A stretch of 63,916 nt of DNA, the filler included, from Octopus bimaculoides (taxonomy: Eukaryota): assembly GCF_001194135.2 (NCBI RefSeq). It is 5 parts of 4 records of this genome, joined end to end, with 100 filler letters (N's around TTAATTAATTAA, not from the genome) between each part and the next. Parts side by side here need not be neighbours in the genome. Positions count along the whole stretch, not along the records: positions 5,475 to 31,385 come from NC_068983.1; 4 more parts are not named here. One strand, 5' to 3'. The translations under genes were made by a program, and so were the position numbers. A model generated the notes under the pieces. The model searched no databases. It saw nothing but the letters and a program-made list of their open reading frames with translations, and was not told the origin of the DNA. Each line of letters begins with the position of its first letter. Within the stretch, counting starts at the first letter, position 1. Positions 14,377 to 25,319 of this stretch are shown here, piece after piece.

Positions 14377-14469
14377 AGAACACTGATGAGGTAAAATGCA
14401 AGATTGCTTAGTATTTCTACAACTGTTGTGTGATTACTTCGGTATTTTGTTGAAATGCGTGTATGTTCT
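14377..14469 (+). ncRNA. Candidate type I hammerhead ribozyme with long stem II (Penelope-like-element type), partly decayed
   Basis: Stem I agaaca(14377-82)/tgttct(14464-69); core CTGATGA 14383-89; stem II ggtaaaat/attttgtt enclosing 46 nt; GAAA 14452-55; minimal stem III with near-palindromic a(t)gcgt; GTA cleavage triplet 14461-63. Confidence 0.6.
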
Positions 14470-14503
14470 ATAAAACATTGAATACCATAGCTGTTTTTCG
14501 TAC

Positions 14504-14543
<40 letters not shown>

Positions 14544-14709
14544 GTGACAGAAGCAACATTAATACCAAAAATGTAAACATTATATTCCAATTAACCTGGA
14601 TGCCTTGCTAAACACTTAATTATGCGTCATTAGCCTTGGGAGACTCTCTCATATAGGCACCTGGTGCATAAAAGCACGCACATAGATCGCAGCAGATGAA
14701 ATTCGTCTG

Positions 14710-14753
14710 TCGCATATCACGTGATTTCGGTCAATTGTACCTCTTCAGTGGGA
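14710..14753 (-). ncRNA. Candidate minimal type I hammerhead ribozyme
   Basis: Minus strand reads tccca CTGAAGA ggt-acaattg-acc GAAA tcacgtga TA tgcga: intact core, G10.1-C11.1 pair, perfect palindrome ATCACGTGAT as stem III, stem I 4 of 5 pairs. Confidence 0.55.
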
Positions 14754-14861
14754 ATCACCGATCACCGCATACCAGTTGAATCTTGTTGCTACGATATAAA
14801 GAATACGGGCGTCCTTCCAGACGCTGTTGTCGCAAATAGCCAACAGGTTTATTAAAAATAA

Positions 14862-14900
14862 GAAGAGGTCCAATAGCCTGTAATCACGTAATATGGGAAT
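14862..14900 (+). pseudogene. Decayed second copy of the same hammerhead
   Basis: gaaga gg-tccaatag-cc tgtaa tcacgtaa ta tgggaat; core damaged, but tgggaat is the exact complement of the attccca stem I strand of the other copy. Confidence 0.45.
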
Positions 14901-15049
14901 TTCGGCGCCCATGATCGATGAATTTTGCCTGCTGTGATTGCGATCTAGGTGTGCTTTTATGCGCCAAGCACCCATAAGAGAGGATCTTTCAAGGCTAATA
15001 ATGCAATATTCGGTGTTCTAGCACGGCATCCACGTTAAGTTGAATATAA

Positions 15050-15462
15050 TACTCTTTACTCGCTTTTACTTGTTTCAGTCATTTGACTGTGGCCATGCTG
15101 GAGCAACGCCTTTAGTCGAGCAAGTCGACCCCCAGGACTTATTCTTTGTAAGCCTAGTACATATTTTATCAGCTTCTTTGCCGAACCGCTAAGTAAACGG
15201 GGACCTAAACACACCAGCATCGGTTGTCAAGCGATGTTTGGGGGGGGGGAACATACATAGACACACAAACATATACACACACACATACATATATATGTAC
15301 ATGTATACGACGGGCTTCTTTCAGTTTCCGTCTACCAAATCCACTCACAAAGCTTTGGTCGGCCCGAGGCTATAGTAGAAGACACTTGCCCAAGGTGCCA
15401 CTGAACCCGGAACCATGTGGTTGGTAAGCAAGCTACTTACTACACAGCCACTCCTACACCTT
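15050..15462 (-). mobile_element. Full-length SINE family B (tRNA-like head, CORE-like ggcaccttgggcaagtgtctt, internal microsatellite, conserved 3' half)
   Basis: Minus strand: gtggctgtgtagtaag...ggttccgggttcagtggcaccttgggcaagtgtcttctactatagcctcgggccgacc...gaaagaagcccgtcgtata, then a TA/TG tract, then gcttgacaaccgatgctgg...ctccagcatggccacagtcaaatgactgaaacaagtaaaag. Confidence 0.85.
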
Positions 15463-15774
15463 GTTTACCCTTTGATGTTAATATTGCTTCCGTCGCTAAT
15501 AATTAAAAAGGAAAGATACACAGTGTATCTAGAAGTACATTATCCAATGTCTGAAACTAAGATATCTTTTAGTAGAATTCTTAGAAGAAGAACGGCAGCG
15601 CCCTTGATCCCGCTTTTCTGTATCCTGTGTAACTGTTTGGAAGACTGGGGACACGATTATAATCCTTGCAACAGTGTAGGCTTCGATAAATACCCTCAGA
15701 GGGTCAAACAATGGTATTAAACTGGGCGATGGATTAAATATACAGCCCCAAAACAAGAACGGTCTTTCATGTGT

Positions 15775-15912
15775 CTTCCTTCTATCAAATTACACACAAC
15801 GTATAAATCGATCGAGTCTATAGTAGGAGATACTTTCGTAAGGTGCTGCGCAGTGAAATCGAACTCGCAGCAATGTAGATGCGGAGCAAACGTCTTTCTT
15901 ACACGCCATGTC
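15775..15912 (-). mobile_element. SINE family B, degenerate 5' half
   Basis: ctatagtaggagatactttcgtaaggtgctgcgcagtgaaatcgaactc resembles the revcomp of the family B head and CORE region. Confidence 0.55.
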
Positions 15913-17192
15913 TGATCATGCTTAGAATTCCTTTGACCATAATAGCTCTCTTCAGTTAGGCTAGCATGAGACTAAACAACAGTTTTATTTACCGATATAC
16001 AGAATGGGGGTGACAGGTTCATTTGAGTATGAAGAGTTGTTGGGACGTTGCTTTGAACAGAGCCAAGCATCGAAGAAGGGTGCGAACCTTGATCCTGAAT
16101 TTGGCAAACCGAACTGACTATTTAATTAAGTCGGTCAACTAGAGCGCCCACGTTTCAGATACCTATATCTAAACCTAAAACCGATATTCCAATAATTTCT
16201 ATAAAACATCCCACTGTTTGTTAGTTTCAAGATTGTGATCTGAAGATTTTTATCACAGAAACGGCGTTAACTTTTAATTTCCGAGATAAAATTTCTGTTA
16301 TTTCATGGCAAGTATCCAGAAGGAATTTAGAGATAATGATGACTCCATAATGAGATTTAATAGTTGCCAACTAGTTAAGGATTACTTAATTAGTATAATA
16401 GTCAATTAGTAATTAAGTGTTTCGAAGTTCGAATGTCATTATCAATTCACTTATTTTGGTCTCAAAAGGTAGTCATGTGATCACTTAATCATTTTATATT
16501 TATGATATCATAAAACGATTTATGCATAATAGCTGCGTGTTTGTAGAACTGTTGTTGTTGTTATTGTTGTTGCTATTGATGATCAGTCAGTCGTATTTAG
16601 TAATTGTTGGGTTTTTCTGCCTGTATCGATCGAAGTATTGAGAACACAACTATAACCCAGACACACTACATGTTGTGTTAGTCGGTCAATTACTTTACTA
16701 TGCTACAGAGTTTATGAATGGAATGTTCAGGTTGTAACCCCCGAGTGTTAGATACTTAAACAGCTTTCTAATCACACATTTCGAGCCTTGTTTCTGAACG
16801 GTCGGATCCTTGTTTCTACTCTCATGTGCAAAAGCAAAAATGATCGAGTGATGCAGCTATTGAATCCAAGAGAATTTCTAAGATCAATAAAATCGCTTGC
16901 TATGTGGCGTAAACAAATCAAACAAAACGGTTACAGTTTCGAACTCCGTCGAATCAGACTTTTCGACTTTTCGCGGCTACCAAATTTATTGATGTCTATG
17001 AACTCTCTTACATCGTATTAGCATCCTTGCCGATAAAGAACATCTCGAATTCTTGATTTTATCTTTATCAATAAGGTACTGGATTACAAGCTTATAAGTC
17101 ATGAGTTCAAAATATATGACAAGGAAGTGTATATGCATTTCAGAAAAATTCTTAATTGCATGAATCTAAGATAATGTCGCAGAAAGACAGTG

Positions 17193-17545
17193 AAATGGCT
17201 GAATCGTTAGACGTTGGGTAGAAAGTCGCGCAGTATTTGTTCCGGATCTCGTGTCCTGAGTTCAAAGCCAATTTTGCCTTTTATTCTTTCGGATTGACAA
17301 AAGCGTACAATAAGTATAATTTCGAATATTTCACAGTAATTTCAACTAATTTCTACCTAATTCAAATCCCATAATACGACGTGTTGGCACAATCGTTAGC
17401 ATGCTGAGCGAAATGCTTAGCGGTATTTTGTCCATCTTGGCGTTCTGAGTTTAAATTCCACCAAGGCCGATTTTGCTTTTCAGCCTTTTGAAAGTCGATA
17501 AAATAAGTATCAGTTGAGCACTGGGATTGATGTAATCGACTAAAT
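17193..17545 (+). mobile_element. Two tandem degenerate SINE family A copies (about 17193-17300 and 17381-17545)
   Basis: aatcgttag heads, ctgagtt(c/t)aaa B-box-like motif, gtcgataaaataagtatcagttgagcactggg body. Confidence 0.7.
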
Positions 17546-18093
17546 TACTCCTGGGTATGAGTACAAAAACCACACCCCTCTGCTAAGCTAAGTCGAGCCA
17601 GTGTAGCAAACCAATGTGATCTCAAGCTCAAACTCATATTGACAAAAACAAAAAAAAATGTTCAATAAGTACAATTTCGAATATTTCCGCGGTTGGTGGA
17701 GAGAACATGCTATGGCCCTTGTCCTGCAGTGAAAGATCCGATTCAGTCCAAATCGCATAGCTTCATTGAAGCACAGGCGATGGTTGAAAAATAGTTACTC
17801 GAAGTATCACGCTATGAAATCAAATCCGTAATATCATAAAGAGCGAAGCGTATTTCGCAACTAACAATTCTGCCAGCTTTGCGCCTGTGTCTGTCTCTCC
17901 AGTCTAGTCTAACAGACAACCGATGCCACATATGCGATGAAATCTTACGTGAGCCAGTAAAATATATTTTCCAATCTGAACGTTGTCTCGTTTTGTTTTA
18001 TGAAACGGTTTATCAGAAGATTTATTACGCACGAAACCACATCGTTTCTACGTCATTCTTTGTCATTTCTCGCAATGCAATATTGCGAGAGCC

Positions 18094-18149
18094 GAGAAGG
18101 GACTGAAGTAGTGGCAGGAGAAGGGACTGAAGTAGTGGCAGGAGAAGGG
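18094..18149. repeat. 24-bp tandem duplication (gagaagggactgaagtagtggcag x2 plus partial)
   Basis: Exact direct repeat with no spacer. Confidence 0.9.
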
Positions 18150-18489
18150 GCAGGTAAGGGGGTAAGGCTTTAATATTTTATTGTCTTTTCCATCTTATCT
18201 GTGTTTTAAAAAAAAAATTATACTAAACACACCACTTTCTCTAATGTGCTCATTTTGCTTTCCTACTCCCAGTCATATCCTACTCTCACCACCCCTATCA
18301 CTCTCTCTCTTTTCTTCTCATTCTTTGCTCTCTCTTCCACACACACATTTTTTTCGGAGACAACTGGGTATCTCTGCGTAAAACTTTATAATTTATAATG
18401 TGTGTGCGTGTATGTAGAGACGTATATATGCATGTCTATATCTACATATATCATATATATATATATATACTTTTATATGCGTATGCATT

Positions 18490-18529
<40 letters not shown>

Positions 18530-18575
18530 ACATACATACATACATACATATATACATGCAGACATAATACATGCA

Positions 18576-18607
<32 letters not shown>

Positions 18608-18864
18608 NNNNNNNNNNNNNNNNNNNNNNNNNNNNNNNNNNNNNNNNNNNNNNNNNNNNNNNNNNNNNNNNNNNNNNNNNNNNNNNNNNNNNNNNNNNNN
18701 NNNNNNNNNNNNNNNNNNNNNNNNNNNNNNNNNNNNNNNNNNNNNNNNNNNNNNNNNNNNNNNNNNNNNNNNNNNNNNNNNNNNNNNNNNNNNNNNNNNN
18801 NNNNNNNNNNNNNNNNNNNNNNNNNNNNNNAAACAGATAGATATGATATGAAATCAGTTACATA

Positions 18865-18917
<53 letters not shown>

Positions 18918-19129
18918 ACACACGCACGCACGCACGTACGCACACATACGACTGGGTCTCTTTCTGGCGTTATATCAATAACAGTGAGTGCCATTAGGCC
19001 TTATTGTCGATGTTATCATTTAGAGACAAAAAATAATAGCATCTATATTCTTTATGCGCGTTTATTTCGTGGGAAACTTACGATGTTTTGGTGAATACAA
19101 AATCCACACAAAATCTCACACACGCACGC

Positions 19130-19214
19130 ACACACATATGAATAGCACACACATATGAATAACACACACATATGAATAGCACACACATATGAATAGCACA
19201 CACATATGAATAGC
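19130..19214. repeat. 17-bp minisatellite (acacacatatgaatagc x5)
   Basis: Five contiguous units, one with a single substitution. Confidence 0.9.
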
Positions 19215-19541
19215 ACACACATAGCACACATACATAGTACACACACATGCATAGCACTCACATAGCACACTCACACACACACGCACACACAAGCGCACGT
19301 ATGCATTCGTAAACAAACACACACATGTACATATAATGCATTAGCCTACACTCACACATACGAATACACACACACACACACACACACACACGCAAATATA
19401 ATATATTAGCTTACACTCACACATGCGAATGCACACATAAATACAAACACACACACATTCTCACACACACATTCTCACACACACATGCATACGCTCTTTC
19501 ACACACGCATACAAACAAATCGAAACATAATCAGTGCAAAC

Positions 19542-19680
19542 AGCTGTGTGGTTAAGAAGCTTGGTTTGCCACGAGGTGGTTCTAAGTTCAATCTCACTGT
19601 GCAGCACCTTAGACAAGTGTCTTCTACCATAGCCCCCGATTGACCTACCGATGTCTTTGAGTGAATAGATGAAAAACATA
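19542..19680 (+). mobile_element. SINE family B, 5' half running into a gap
   Basis: agctgtgtggttaagaagcttgg...gcaccttagacaagtgtcttctaccatagcc. Confidence 0.7.
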
Positions 19681-20892
19681 NNNNNNNNNNNNNNNNNNNN
19701 NNNNNNNNNNNNNNNNNNNNNNNNNNNNNNNNNNNNNNNNNNNNNNNNNNNNNNNNNNNNNNNNNNNNNNNNNNNNNNNNNNNNNNNNNNNNNNNNNNNN
19801 NNNNNNNNNNNNNNNNNNNNNNNNNNNNNNNNNNNNNNNNNNNNNNNNNNNNNNNNNNNNNNNNNNNNNNNNNNNNNNNNNNNNNNNNNNNNNNNNNNNN
19901 NNNNNNNNNNNNNNNNNNNNNNNNNNNNNNNNNNNNNNNNNNNNNNNNNNNNNNNNNNNNNNNNNNNNNNNNNNNNNNNNNNNNNNNNNNNNNNNNNNNN
20001 NNNNNNNNNNNNNNNNNNNNNNNNNNNNNNNNNNNNNNNNNNNNNNNNNNNNNNNNNNNNNNNNNNNNNNNNNNNNNNNNNNNNNNNNNNNNNNNNNNNN
20101 NNNNNNNNNNNNNNNNNNNNNNNNNNNNNNNNNNNNNNNNNNNNNNNNNNNNNNNNNNNNNNNNNNNNNNNNNNNNNNNNNNNNNNNNNNNNNNNNNNNN
20201 NNNNNNNNNNNNNNNNNNNNNNNNNNNNNNNNNNNNNNNNNNNNNNNNNNNNNNNNNNNNNNNNNNNNNNNNNNNNNNNNNNNNNNNNNNNNNNNNNNNN
20301 NNNNNNNNNNNNNNAGCAGTGATCTCTCGAAATGGCCACAGATGTGTTTTGACTTGATTTTGTCGAATTCTCTTATGCTCTTTGGACTTCAATCTACCAT
20401 GGTTTTTATGAAACGAACTATTTTGACATATTTTTATTTGAAGGGGAGTAAAAACGTTTTTTAGTCGATTGATATATTTTTGAAAATATATTTTTAAATG
20501 TTTTGATTACTTAGTTTTAGTTGATCGTATATACCGTTTCTTGATAGGCCGTTCTATATATTTGCATATATATATATTTTACCTTCACGTGTATAAGGGA
20601 TAACCACTAGGTGGACATCCAATATGCTAGAAAGAGGTCATCAACGACCCAACCACAAAGAAAAATAATGTGCTCCAGAACTATACACGAATTGTCTTCA
20701 CGAAACAAGACTTGCATATAGTTCTACAGATTACATTGTGGCTATTTTTCAAAATGCCTCAGCTCCGGCGCGCAAAATTCCGGAAACAATTCTGCAGAGA
20801 ATAAATCACTGCAGTATATTTTGCCGGCTGGAGAACGTAACTATTTAATCGCTTGTAAGACAATCCCCCCCACACCACCACCACCACCACCG

Positions 20893-20945
<53 letters not shown>

Positions 20946-21864
20946 GCTACTACTACTACTACTACTACTACTCCTCTGCTTCATTCTTTCTTTGCCATCT
21001 CCAGTTAATCAAAACCATCCCGTCATCTGCATTAGCATAAATGTCACGAGCAACAAGAGCAACAACAACAACAAGTTTAGGCATATATTTTCTTATCTTC
21101 TTTATGCCTGGAGACTTTTGATAAAATATAAACTTCCATGATTGCAAAAACGCTACCTTTTTCTCCGCTTCTCTCTGTGTGTGTGTGTGTGTATGTGTAT
21201 GTATGTGTCTGTTTCTGTATCTGTGTCTCTATGTGTGTGTGTCTCTGTATGCACGTAAACACACGTACACACACGCACACACACACATTTACACACACAA
21301 TCATTAGCATGATAATAAGAGCTTCACTACGTTGTCAGTCCATAAATCGTATTGCTTGCACATTGTTCAAGTTATTAGTTAAAGAACATAGGACCCAAAC
21401 CTTTAAAAAACACGCATGTGCGTGTTTGCGTCTGTGAGTATGTGTTTGTTTGTGAGTGCGCTTTTGTGTGTGTACCTTTACATATACACGCACACATACA
21501 CACACATATATATGAAATTAATGTAAACAGCAAATTGCAATGTTTCACCAAAAAGGAGAATTATAACTGTCATTGAATTATAATTAACTGGCTTAACTGA
21601 TGGTGGCAAGGGAAACTGCTGAAACTGACGCTTCAGTCTTAAGAATTCTCGGTCGATATTTTTCGTACAATTATTGTCCCTGTTAGTGTATGTATTCATT
21701 CATGTGCATTAACTAGAGCATTCGAGCATTTTAGCTCTTATTTGCAGCAATATATGTGTTTTTTAACACCCTAGTCACGTTTAGTGCGTGTGTGTGGTGT
21801 GTGTGGTGTGTGTGTGTGTATGGTTGTGTGGTGTGTGTGTGTGTGTGTGGTGTATATATACATA

Positions 21865-22008
<144 letters not shown>

Positions 22009-22564
22009 CCTATTCTGTCTTGTGAGGGTCATTACGCCAATGATAGTAACACGCAAACTGGTTCAATATCACTTCTTTATTGTTTGTCAAATGGTTAAAT
22101 ATCTGACCAGCTAAATAATCGATAGTTTCTTTAATGTGCTAGTTAATCAATCAATTGGATGTTTGTTTGCCAAAGTACTTTCGATGCTATTCACGTCCTC
22201 ACCAATAAACTCTTCAAGGTCTGTCTTGAATCTGTCTGAGAATTAGTTTTATACCTGTTCGTATGTATGATTCGTGTGTACGTAGATAAGTGGTTGCTTA
22301 CAAGGGAAGGGAATGGTGTGAGTAAATGCAAAAACGAAAGCGAACACACACACACACAGAGTTAAATTTAAATTTAAAGAATTAAGGTTGTGAAAGCAGT
22401 ATCCAAATGCAGTATCCAAACCTTGTTCCAGGGTAAGTTCCAGGTAGTATCTGAACTTCTAGCAACCCATATATATATATTGGGTTGTCTCAAAAGATTT
22501 CTTAATCATATAACCTGGAGCGAAAACGAAACGTAAATCTGGTAACTTTTGGAGCATGTTACGT

Positions 22565-22666
22565 CACCTGATGAGGCTTACTGCACTGTGAGTTGTATCC
22601 GTTGTCATTACATCATCCAACACCCACTAGGAAACTGTGCAGAATGAAGCCGAAACGGTTGTTGTG
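22565..22666 (+). ncRNA. Candidate type I hammerhead ribozyme with extended stem II, followed by AATAAA (22669-74)
   Basis: Stem I cac/gtg; CTGATGA 22568-74; stem II GGCTT(22575-79)/AAGCC(22647-51) with inner helix ctgcac/gtgcag; GAAAC 22652-56; 2-bp stem III with loop ggtt; GTT triplet 22661-63. Confidence 0.5.
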
Positions 22667-23195
22667 CTAATAAAGCTTCTAGTTACACCCCGTCTTCCGT
22701 ATCAATCCTTTAATATATATACATATGTATGTGTATATATATATANNNNNNNNNNNNNNNNNNNNNNNNNNNNNNNNNNNNNNNNNNNNNNNNNNNNNNN
22801 NNNNNNNNNNNNNNNNNNNNNNNNNNNNNNNNNNNNNNNNNNNNNNNNNNNNNNNNNNNNNNNNNNNNNNNNNNNNNNNNNNNNNNNNNNNNNNNNNNNN
22901 NNNNNNNNNNNNNNNNNNNNNNNNNNNNNNNNNNNNNNNNNNNNNNNNNNNNNNNNNNNNNNNNNNNNNNNNNNNNNNNNNNNNNNNNNNNNNNNNNNNN
23001 NNNNNNNNNNNNNNNNNNNNNNNNNNNNNNNNNNNNNNNNNNNNNNNNNNNNNNNNNNNNTATATATATATATATGTATACTTTCAATAATAGTGAAGTG
23101 TAAAATTAATTAATTAATTAATAATTAATAATTTTACCAAGTAGTTCGGTATGTTAAAATAACATTTATCGGTAACCTTATACAAAAATTTTATA

Positions 23196-23456
23196 ATTAT
23201 AAGTATAATTATAATTAGGGTTCAGCAAATTGCTTCACCACATACTGAAATTTAGAAATAGCAGTTAAATACTATCCCTATATCATAAGATATCTCCCAG
23301 ACAGTAATATTCTCAATTCTCTTTACCTACGTGAATTGAGAGTATTGCTGTCTGGGAGTTATCTTATGGTAAAGGAATAGTATTTAACTGCTATTTCTAA
23401 ATTTCAGTATGTGCTGAAGCAATTTGCTGAATCCTAATTATAATTATGCTTATAAT
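23196..23456. mobile_element. Foldback/MITE-like near-perfect palindrome (124-bp arms, 13-nt loop)
   Basis: 23196-23319 versus the revcomp of 23333-23456 differ at 9 of 124 positions with no indels; loop tctttacctacgt. Confidence 0.85.
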
Positions 23457-23469
23457 GATAGAATTTCTG

Positions 23470-23534
<65 letters not shown>

Positions 23535-23536
23535 AC

Positions 23537-24120
23537 ACATTGTTTACATAAACGTATTCGTATACGAGACATCGTATCTTTCAGTGCTGGCACTATATTC
23601 TTCCAGGGGAATTTTTACATCCACTTCAGAGTTGAGGGCTTGGTCTTGCAATGAATTTTGAAGAGACCGAAACAGATAGAAATCTGAAGGTGCAAAATTG
23701 GGCAAATATGGAGGTTGCAGCAAAACACCGCAACCTAGGACCAGTAACTTCCGCCGCATCTGCAAAGAAGTGAGCAGTCCTGCATTGTCGTGAAGAAATA
23801 CAATGCCCTTGTGGCACACACATTCCATGACGGCAACCTCTCCGTACACAGCGCATATCTTCCAGCTGGTTTACGCCGCTTTCTTGACATTTTAAAAATA
23901 AATATCCATGAAGTATCGATTATATTCGTTTTTCAGGGTGATTCCAAGCACACAAAATACAGCCTCTCATTTTGCAATATCGAGTCGAACTAATTTGAAG
24001 TGTCAGCTATCTATCACGTGTGCATGCGCAAGGGCCAAACTGAATTTAGCTACATATTAGAGTGCTTGGAGTTTAGTGTCGACAAAAACCGAACGAATAT
24101 TTTGGCCAACCAAACATATT
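23537..24120 (-). mobile_element. Internally deleted mariner element (transposase C-terminal remnant plus one TIR)
   Basis: ORF 23544-23849 contains FLHDNA...PPYLPNFAPSDFYLFRSLQN; mariner-type TIR (ttggttggccaaatattcgttcggtttttg) on the minus strand at about 24085-24115. Confidence 0.8.
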
Positions 24121-24123
24121 ATA

Positions 24124-24351
24124 CAGTAATTTCTCGACTGTTGCGGGTGTTACGTTTCAAACCATCCACCCACCACGCTTGGTGAAAATCCGTAAAGTAG
24201 AAACAGTACTGCTCTGTATATTTTTTAAAATTATTTTTATAATTTGTATATATCTATTTTATTATAAATGCAAAACAACACCACGGAGGAATCGACGTAA
24301 ACTTAAATAATAAACCGCGATAGGTGAACCGCGGTATGGCGAGAGATTACT

Positions 24352-24352
<1 letters not shown>
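24124..24352. mobile_element. Tigger/pogo-like MITE
   Basis: TA-cagtaatttctcg at the left end and cgagagattactg-TA at the right end; TA target duplication; 229 bp; non-coding. Confidence 0.7.
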
Positions 24353-24416
<64 letters not shown>

Positions 24417-24424
24417 TATGTATA

Positions 24425-24632
24425 TACACACATGTGTATATATATTCATATATATATATATGTAGGTATATATATATATATGTGTATATATGTATATATG
24501 TATGCATGTATATATGTATGCATGCATGTATATACGTATACAAATACACCCACCAACACCACATAAATACATAGCCATATATATGTACATGTATATATAC
24601 ACACATGTATATATATATTCATATATATATGT

Positions 24633-24687
<55 letters not shown>

Positions 24688-24711
24688 TGTATGTATATAT
24701 GTATGCATGTA

Positions 24712-24750
<39 letters not shown>

Positions 24751-24793
24751 ATGTATGTATGTATGTATACAAATACACCCACCAACACCACAT
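24425..24793. repeat. Tandem duplication of a unit of about 170-200 bp built from microsatellites
   Basis: atacaaatacacccaccaacaccacat is identical at 24538-24564 and 24767-24793; acacacatgt..tatattcatatatat..gtaggtata also repeats. Confidence 0.75.
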
Positions 24794-25319
24794 GCATATA
24801 TAGCCACTCCGCCCTTAATTATTAAATCCTACATCTGATAATGTTTGAATTATTTGAAAATAAATATCTATATACTTTACAATGCCTACCGTACGGTATA
24901 TATATGTATGTATATATATATATGTATGTATATATATATATGTATGTATATATATATTCTGTCGATTTAATTATCTATCTATTGATGTATCTCTTTTTAT
25001 CTTATGTGCCGTTGACCCATCCCCTCCACCTCGTTCTTTCCAGTTCCCTCTACTTCCTTTTCAGTTTGAAACACCCCATCAAAAAACAAAAAAAAACAAA
25101 AACAAAAAAAAAGACAAAAACAAAACAAAAGATAAAATGTTATGGAAAAACAAACCAAAAATAACAACAAATAAATCCTAACCAAATCATAAAAGCAGTA
25201 TTTTTTGCTTGGACTCCCAATCTCTTTATGCGACAACATAACTAAACGTTAAGATGGCCGCCGCACTAATTGCTCTCGACTTGTCTCCGACTCTCTATTA
25301 TCAAGTCAGACATTTTATA

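Larger units (their letters stand above)
14623..15005. mobile_element. Head-to-head inverted duplication (arms about 14623-14748 / 14862-15005) of a hammerhead-containing repeat; probable Penelope-like-element pLTR remnant
   Basis: Arms align over about 125 nt with mostly transition mismatches and indels (e.g. agccttgggagactctctcatataggcacctggtgcataaaagcac vs revcomp agccttgaaagatcctctcttatgggtgcttggcgcataaaagcac); each arm starts at a hammerhead core. Confidence 0.65.

Noticed and set aside
18068-18090. 9-bp stem hairpin tctcgcaat-gcaat-attgcgaga
   Set aside because: A single short palindrome is expected by chance in 55 kb, and a bacterial-style terminator is irrelevant here.
18094-19214. 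Short direct repeats (24-bp and 17-bp units) as a CRISPR-like array
   Set aside because: Units are contiguous with no unique spacers, the context is eukaryotic, and there are no cas genes.
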